From the NCBI GenBank assembly GCA_964016885.1, contig OZ024743.1, positions 126,046,001 to 126,110,000 of the forward strand: a stretch of 64,000 bases of DNA, written 5' to 3'. A program made the translations under genes and the position numbers. The notes below the pieces were generated by a model, which made no database searches, was not told where the DNA came from, and saw only the letters and a program-made list of their open reading frames with translations. Every line of letters starts with the position of its first letter. The first letter of the stretch is position 1. The stretch comes from Eledone cirrhosa (Eukaryota). Positions 55,661-64,000 of the stretch are shown one piece after another.

Positions 55661-58600
55661 TCTCTATATATATAAAACGGTAGATGTCTGTCTGTGTGTG
55701 TGTATGATTTTTATGCATTTCCACATTTCTCTACCGATTTTGATGATTTTTTTTCCAATGTGCTCCAAATTTACCAGGGCAGGTTAACGCGTAATTACTT
55801 TGGCCAAAAATTTCCTGCTTCTATGAAAAAAAATTGATAAAACTAAATACATGCTGTAACCCTCTCTCTTACACGCTTCATTCCTCTCACTACCCTCAAT
55901 CTCCTCTGCAACTCTCTTTAAAAGGTTACTGCCTCCGTCTCCATTACAGTTTAGAACGACGACAAATCTTCTCTCTCTATAATAGATCATTCACCCTCTT
56001 CGTTCGTCATACATCAAATATCAAAATTTAAAAAGCCGATAACACTAAATACATACTGCTCTCTCAACGTTACATTTTACATCAAATAACAAATATTCAA
56101 AAGCAACAGATGAATTCAGATTGGATCCATGTCTGTCATTTGCCAATATTGTCGGGCAAAAAAATGGCCTGGGGAGACTTCAGGGATGTGCTGCTCTGAC
56201 GGCAAAGTGAAACTGCCTCCTCTACAGGAACCACCACAACCTTTGAAGTCTCTACTGACCGATGCCACAGCGGAGTCGGAACACTTCCTTCGATGTTCCA
56301 GGAGATACAACGCTGCCTTGCAAATGACCTCTTTCGGAGCTAACATCATACGCGAGGACGGCTTCATGCCTACCTTTAAAGTTCAAGGACAAATTTACCA
56401 CAGAATCGGTTCGCTACTGCCCACAACAGACGGACAGCCCCAGTTCCTACAGCTATACTTTGTCACTGACTATTTGGACCAAGCAGAACGACGCGCTTCA
56501 ATTTCGCCTGGCACAGACATGAAAATTATGTTGCAAATCCAGAGAATGCTGCACAAAAACAACAACTACATTCGCAGTTTTAAATGTGCATTGGAGGCTG
56601 CTCCGTTGCCAAATTTTTGCTGTTATAATCGACGCTGACAGGAAACCACCAGGCACCCATGCCGGACGTTTTAACACTCCCACGTGCAATGAAATAGCTG
56701 TGCTTCTTCATGGAGAACAGCACAACAAGCGGGACATCATACTTCAGTGTAGGGACAATAGTCTGCAACAGATCAGCGAGATGCATAGGTCCTACGACGC
56801 ATGCCAATATCCCCTACTTTTCCCATTCGGTGACGACAGATATCACTTTGGAATTGCTTTGTGCAACTGCAACAAAACTGTTTCCTCTATGCAATTCTAC
56901 ACCTACCGATTCATGGTCCGCGAATGCTGCTTTAACCAACTCCACCGTGCAAGAGTACTCTTCAACCAGCTTGCTGTAGACGCGTGCGCAAAGATGGAAT
57001 CTGAAAGGCTGTGCTACATAAGGAACAATCAAGCACCCCTTCGTTCGGACAGCTACATTCACTTACAGGATGGATAAGGAATGACGTTGATCCGAGAACC
57101 TAGGAAAACATTGTATCCTTCCGGCGACCTTCATTGGGAGTCCCCGATACATGAGTGAACGCACACAGGATGCTATGACGTACGTGCATCTCTATGGCAG
57201 ACCGGATCTCTTCATCACTTCAACATGCAACCCTAAGTGGAATGAAATTACCGACCGCGGAATTATTCCCCGGACAAAGGGCGTCAGACAGACACGATCT
57301 TACGGCACGAGTCTTTCACTTGAAGTTGACAAAACTTATTGAACTCCTAAAATCAGGTAAGGCCTTTGGACCTGTTAGGTGCTACGTATACACCGTTGAG
57401 TGGCAAAAGAGAGGCCTGCCGCACGCTCACCTACTCATTTGGCTGATAACGAAAATCAACACAAGCAGCATTGATAGCATCATTTCAGCAGAAATACCCG
57501 ACCCAAAATTAGACAGAGAACTCCACAACATCGTCACTGCTCACATGGTTCATGGGCCATGCGGAAACGGTTTCAACATGAATTCTCCATGCATTAAAGA
57601 AAGAAGGTGCACCAAGAGGTATCCTAGGCCATTCCTCCGGGAAACTTGGACAGGTGGCGATGGTTAACCATTAAACCGCCGCAAGGAGCCAGCGGACGGA
57701 GGAATTGTTGCGAAAACCCCACATCACCACGTCGACAACTGGTGGATTGTACCCTACTGCCCACTTCTGCTTAAATTGTTTAACACCCACATTAACGTTG
57801 AATACTGCCACTCCGTCAAATCGATAAAGTACGTCTGCAAGTATATCAATAAGGGGTCCGATGCTGCGTCCTTTGGTCTTACAATGGAGAACAACCGAGA
57901 CGAAGTAACTCGATACCAGGTTGGCCGATACATCAGCAGCATTGAAGCGTTCTGGCGATTCTTCCACTTTGCAATACACCATAACTACCCCCCAATCAAA
58001 CAGTTGGCGGTGCACCTTGAAAACGGTCAAAGAGTCTACTTCACCGCCTCCACCGCTGCTGAGATAGCAGAGGAACCCAAGGACACCACACTTACAGCAT
58101 TTTTTAAGTTATGCCGAAACGATCCCTTCCTTCGCCAAGACCATCTTCTACTCTCAGGTGCCATCATACTACACATGGAACACAGACAACAGAATTTGGT
58201 TAAGAAGGATGAAAGGACAACCCGTCAAGGGACATCCAGACATTAAAATGTCCCCTACCCTTGGGAGACTGTACACCATTCATCCTAACCAACAGGAATG
58301 CTTTTATCTCCACCTTCTACTGCATGACGTGGTAGGACCGACATCTTTCGACGATCTGAAAACAATCAACGGAGAGCTTTGTACTTCATTCCACGCAGCC
58401 TGCCTTAGACGGGGTCTACTGGAAGATGGCGCTCAGTGGGATGCGACATTGGCGGAGGCGGCTACAATGCACTCACCGCGAACTCTTCGGCAACTCTTTG
58501 CGGTGCTACTGCAGACATGCGAGTTAAGCAACCCTGCATCCTTATGGGACAAATACAAAGAGGACCTTTCCGAAGACTACATACACCAAGGACAACTGCT

Positions 58601-60369
58601 ACTCCCTCATTCAGACGTACAACTCAGCGACGAATTCTTCAACAAAGCTCTCATTGACATCGAGGACAAAATCCTAACTGCCGGCGGAAATGACCTTCCA
58701 TTCTATGGACTGCCAAAAGTTCAGTGAACGGGCTCCGACAAACTTCCGACAGGCATAATTCAGGAAACTGCCTACGACGTCCACGCCCTCGAACTGTTCA
58801 TCAACGAAAACGAGCTGAAATTGTTGCAGGACCAACGGCAGGTGTATGACATAGTTTGCACTTCCATTCATCAACGCAGAGGAGGTATCTTCTTTTTGGA
58901 CGCCCCAGGAGGAACTGGTAAAACATTCATCAATAAACTCCTCCTCGCCAAAGTGTGTCAGCAGAAAGGAATCGCCCTGGCTGTGGCTTCTTCTGGCATT
59001 GCCGCAACTCTGCTGCCTGGAGGTAGGACCGCCCATTCCGCATTTAAACTGCCATTCAACACGACTTCAGACGACACAATAACCTGCAACATCACCAAGG
59101 ACTCTGACAAAGCTGAAGTCTTGAAAAGATGCCACCTAATTGTGTGGGACGAATGCACAATGGCCCATAAAGGGTCACTTGAGGCATTAGACAGGACCCT
59201 ACGAGACATCAGGGAATGCAACCGGCCGATGGGAGGAGTACTTCTACTGCTGTCTGGCGATTTTCGACAAACTCTTCCAGTTGTTCCAAAAGCTACCATG
59301 GCCGACACTGTGGGGGCTTGCATTAAGTCATCTCTCCTGTGGCAGGAAGTGACAATCCTGACCCTCACAACAAACATGAGAGCCCAACTGCTCGGCGACC
59401 ACTCAGCAGCCGACTTCTCAAAGGACCTCTTAACAGTTGGTGACGGCACTGCACCTTCAGATGCAGCTGGAGAAATGGCAGTCTCGCAAAGTAGGCACCG
59501 TTGTCGACACTGTTGACGACCTCACAGCATCTGTCTTTCTCGATATGTCGACCAACTACAAAAACACGAGTTGGCTATGCGATAGAGCCATATTGGCTCG
59601 CAAAAATGTCTCAGTTGCAAAAATCAATGAGGATCTTCTGCAACGCATTCCTGGAAACCTCCGTACCTACAAATCTGTGGACAAAGTGGTGGACAAAGAT
59701 GAGGTTGACGATTTTCTAACAGAATTCCTCAATTCCTTGGACCTCTCTGGACTGCCACCTCACGAACTGCGCGTTAAAGTTGGGACTCCAGTGATGCTGT
59801 TGAGGAACCTGGAACCACTACGTCTCTGCAACAGAACACGGTTAGTGGTAAAAAACCTCCTGCCGCATGTAATTGAAGCCACAATTCTCACGGGCTGCGG
59901 CGCTGGAGAAAACGTCTTCATAGCCAGAATACCATTAACTCCATCAGGTACGGAATGCCCCTGTACTCTGCGCCGACTTCAAAATTCCCCGTTAAACTTT
60001 GCTTCGCGATGTCAATCAACAAGTCCCAAGGCCAAACGCTATCAACGGCAAGCCTGCATTTAGCCCAGCCGTGCTTCTCACACGGCCAATTATACACTGC
60101 ATACTCAAGAGTGGGATGCAAGCAGAACTTATTCATACTTGCACCCAAAGGCAGAACAAAAAATGTGGTCTACATAGAGGTGTTGTGACTCCTCTATTCA
60201 GCACCACTGCAGTCTTGCCAGTCTGACATATAGTGAGTAGATACTATTGTTGTATATCTTCAAACTTACCCGTATTTACTTTCAATGCCTCAATATTCAT
60301 AATTGAGTGGAATCATTAAAAGTACTTTAAAGCAATTAAACTCCGAGCAACGCCGGGCACTTCTGCTAG
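55661..60369 (+). mobile_element. Full-length Helitron with both termini; RepHel coding region disrupted
   Basis: 5' end A|TCTCTATATATATAAAA at 55661. 3' GC-rich hairpin-like CCGAGCAACGCCGGG (~60343-60357) then CTAG|T at 60366-60369. Inserted between A and T with no TSD. Internal Rep/helicase coding sequence. Confidence 0.92.
56117..60188 (+). pseudogene. Helitron Rep-PIF1 helicase (RepHel), split over about nine ORF-track segments by frameshifts and stops
   Basis: N-terminal CxxC..CC motif (CQYCRAKKW..GMCCSDGKV). Rep motifs YGRPDLFITSTCNPKW, VEWQKRGLPHAHLL (HUH) and KYVCKYINKG. PIF1 motifs DAPGGTGKT, IVWDEC, GDFRQTLPV, FAMSINKSQGQT, HGQLYTAYSRV. Confidence 0.93.
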
Positions 60370-60378
60370 TATATATAT

Positions 60379-60980
60379 AGCAACGATGGTTGCTAGACAC
60401 TGTACAGCTTAATTCGGAATGTTTGTTTACAAACACACCGAGCATTATAATAAATGTTCGGTGAATCCATACATACATATATATGTGTGTGCATGTATGT
60501 ATATATACATACTACTGTACGTCTGTATACATATATGTATGTACGTATACATACTTATATTTAAGTAACAGCCGTACTAAGAGTGACAAATGAAATTTTG
60601 TTTCATTTTTTCCGTTTATCGTTTTCGGTGCACCCGGCCGATTAACTCATTCGATATGCAAATTAGGCTACTCAGCCGTTAATATGCATAAGGAAAGTAT
60701 ATACTTTCAGACGTTCAATCATCTGGCAGGAAGGTATACGTTGCTGACGATAGCTAATAAGCTTAAAACTAGTACAGCGTTCCTTTGTCAGTGTTGAACA
60801 AATGAGCATCGATGGTTGCTAGACACTACGGCTTAATTCGGGATGTTTGTTTACAAACACATCGAGCATTATAATAAATGTTCGGTCAATCCATACGTAC
60901 ATATATATATGTGTGCATGTATGTATATATATATATATATACATACTACTGTACATCTGTATACATATATGTATGTACGT

Positions 60981-60986
<6 letters not shown>
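60379..60986 (+). repeat. Partial tandem duplication with ~426-bp period
   Basis: agca.cgatggttgctagacact...gtacgtatacata occurs at 60379-60553 and again from 60805. Confidence 0.9.
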
Positions 60987-61042
<56 letters not shown>

Positions 61043-61558
61043 CCAAAGATTAATATGGTTCATTGATTACTCAATGAATATAGTTTTACAATAGATTAAA
61101 AGCACTCTACAAAGAAGTTTTCTGGAGTTATTAATATTATTCAAAATATTAATAAATGAAGACATTCACATAATCAAAATATATGTTTTATTATGAGAGT
61201 ATTGAAGTTTGCTTGAAGCATTGTGGAATAATAAGGTAAATTTCTTTAAGTCGTTTGGAAGCCTCGACAATGCAAATGGGTAAATCTCCGGGTAACAAGA
61301 TCCGGTGGTGGAGAGAGAGATGTAAGTGGGTGTACGTTGAGATGCGTGGCGTGTATAAGACATGTAGAGGAATGAAGGAAAGAGCATAAAGGATAAAATT
61401 AAAATAACAACACGAGAGAGAGTTACCTTGGGAGAGATTTAATTGTCCCTATATATTTTGGATTTACAACCATCAACTGGGGGTTTTTTCAGGGGTGGGG
61501 GAAAGGTTGTCTGTCGGAAAGGTGCGAAACGCGTCCTCCGCTGTTCGTTGTTTTGAAT

Positions 61559-61786
61559 ATGTTTTATTATATATATTTCGAAGGTACTGTGCTGTTTTTC
61601 AGTACGTCCTCGTCAGATAAAATACATGAATTGATGTATGACATACGTCAACGGTCTTGATGGTTCAATACTGGAATTGAACCATCAAGACCGTTGACGT
61701 ATGTCATACATCAATTCATGTATTTTATCTGACGAGGACGTACTGAAAAATAGCACAGTACCTTCGAAATATATATAATAAAACAT
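61559..61786. repeat. Near-perfect palindrome, 111-bp arms and 6-nt loop
   Basis: 61559-61669 versus 61676-61786, one mismatch seen; loop ACTGGA. Confidence 0.95.
61723..61783 (+). ncRNA. Minimal type-I hammerhead ribozyme motif (mirror copy on minus strand, 61562-61622)
   Basis: TTTTAT-CTGACGA-GGACGTACTG(aaaaatagca)CAGTACCTTC-GAAA-TATATA-TA|ATAAAA: intact core, helix I, helix II and a palindromic helix III loop. Confidence 0.7.
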
Positions 61787-61827
61787 TTATTTTGATTATG
61801 TGAATGTCTTCATTTATTAATAATTTG

Positions 61828-61867
<40 letters not shown>

Positions 61868-63222
61868 GATAACAAGTTATCGTTTTAGGTAATCCAGATA
61901 GAGGTTGTGAGTACTCTGTACTATGGATAGTTTTAACGTATGGCATTGTTTGACTCAACAAGAGGTTTCCTTAGTTAGGTAGCGAGTTTGCGAGAATTCC
62001 CATGCAGGTCATTCTTGGAGTAATAGAAGTGAAAGGGTGAATAATAACATGGTCGGCTGTACAAAAAGCGTTTTATTTACAGTATTAACAATTGTTTCAT
62101 TGATCAGGTGAGTCTAAAGGCTGCTAATCACTCGAAGTTGCGTCACTCGACCTTAAATACAGTGTGTCTCTGATCAAATCATCGGAATACTGAAGGATGT
62201 AACACAGGGCACTGGTATTTATAGATACATCGGAGAATCAAGTGAATGAAAACAATAACGTCAATAATAAAAGATAATAATAAAGAAGTAAAAATGATAA
62301 AGATGTAAAGATGTATCTGTCAACCGACCAACAGATCATTAAATCAACATCATAAATCTCCCAACATCTCTTCCACTCTCTCTCTATAACCGCATCACCT
62401 CCATTAAGATAAAACAATCAGTCTGCCAGACCTTATCACCCATATATCATCACTGCCCCTTTCACTTTTTATTCTCTATCTACTCCTTCCTGGTCCTTAG
62501 TCCTACCCCTTATGCCTCATCCTCGAATCCTTATCCTCACTCTCTGTCTCCTGTCCCTTATCTCTTTCTCTCTTGTTATTTTTTATTTTAATCCTCTAGG
62601 ATTTTATTGCACCTCTTGCATTTTTATTTCAACAATTTATACTACATATCATGTATTTCGTATTTCTTTTCATGTTATTGTTATCTTTACCATCATCACT
62701 ATTTTACACATCCACTTACTCACAATTATAACTTCAACTACCACCACCACCACTACTACTATTATCAGCAACCGTATTTCGTACTTATTTTTTACATCTT
62801 TATCATTAAAGTTTAGGCTGAAACATAGGTCTCGGGGGTCGTGCAAGTTTATGCACAAACAAGGAGTCTGAATACAGATCCTTCCTTGATGAAGTCACTC
62901 ATAATGTGACAGCTCATCTAGCTTATAGAAGGATGGAAAATAGACATTAAACATGAGAAGTGTATGATCTACCGCATGAAACCACATTAACGAGACATTC
63001 TTGAAAAGTACAAAAGAGTATCTAGACTGCATTACATTTAAAAAAATTAAAGTTTCTTCTCAAATGTAGCAACATTTTCACAATGGTCTGTCCACAACTA
63101 AAGATACTATAAACATTTGAATTAAGAAACCTGTTTTTTTATATTTTCTTCTAAATGATTACAGGATGTTAAGAGTAATGTACACCTGGAGCGTGTATTT
63201 CCTTATATGTCAGCAACTCTGA

Positions 63223-63435
<213 letters not shown>

Positions 63436-63643
63436 TAACCCTTTTGCTACCATATTTCTAATGAAAGGCACTAGTTTTCAAATAAAAACCTTCCGTCATA
63501 ATTTTATAAAAAGCTTTTAAGTTATGTTCCAAACACCAGATAAATATTTTAAAAATTATTTGAAAATTATAGTCAGTGTCTTACAGTATAGTAACAGAAG
63601 GATTAAATCATACTTTAACACATATCATTGTCAGATTCATTAA

Positions 63644-63979
<336 letters not shown>

Positions 63980-64000
63980 TGAAAAGTACAAAACAGCACT

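Noticed and set aside
58958-59449. 163-aa minus-strand ORF within the Helitron
   Set aside because: Antisense shadow of the helicase frame with no independent motif.
62881-62912. ttgatgaa-gtcac..gtgac, a possible hammerhead half
   Set aside because: No GAAA or cleavage site follows.

Overview
AT-rich, microsatellite-dense eukaryotic genomic DNA. The SINE/RTE repeat families resemble those of a coleoid cephalopod such as octopus; this is inferred, not proven. The window holds the first five coding exons of a + strand ACK1/TNK2-family tyrosine kinase (SAM domain to catalytic loop) at 7577-7686, 32667-32799, 54504-54680, 63244-63396 and 63674-63862. All have GT-AG boundaries and consistent phases, and the gene runs off the right edge. 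The long introns contain: a complete but frameshifted ~4.7 kb Helitron and several non-autonomous Helitrons; RTE-type LINE fragments whose reverse transcriptase carries an embedded C4HC3 PHD-type finger; a decayed Naiad-like Penelope element; CRE-like endonuclease 3' ends; a mariner remnant; TTAA-flanked MITEs; and several tRNA-derived SINE families. The most unusual signal is a recurring set of minimal type-I hammerhead-ribozyme-like motifs. Several sit in palindromes. The best case is a 111-bp-arm inverted repeat at 61559-61786 encoding an intact-core hammerhead on each strand inside the kinase intron. Most short ORFs in the supplied track are microsatellite or antisense noise. All alignments and folds were done by eye.
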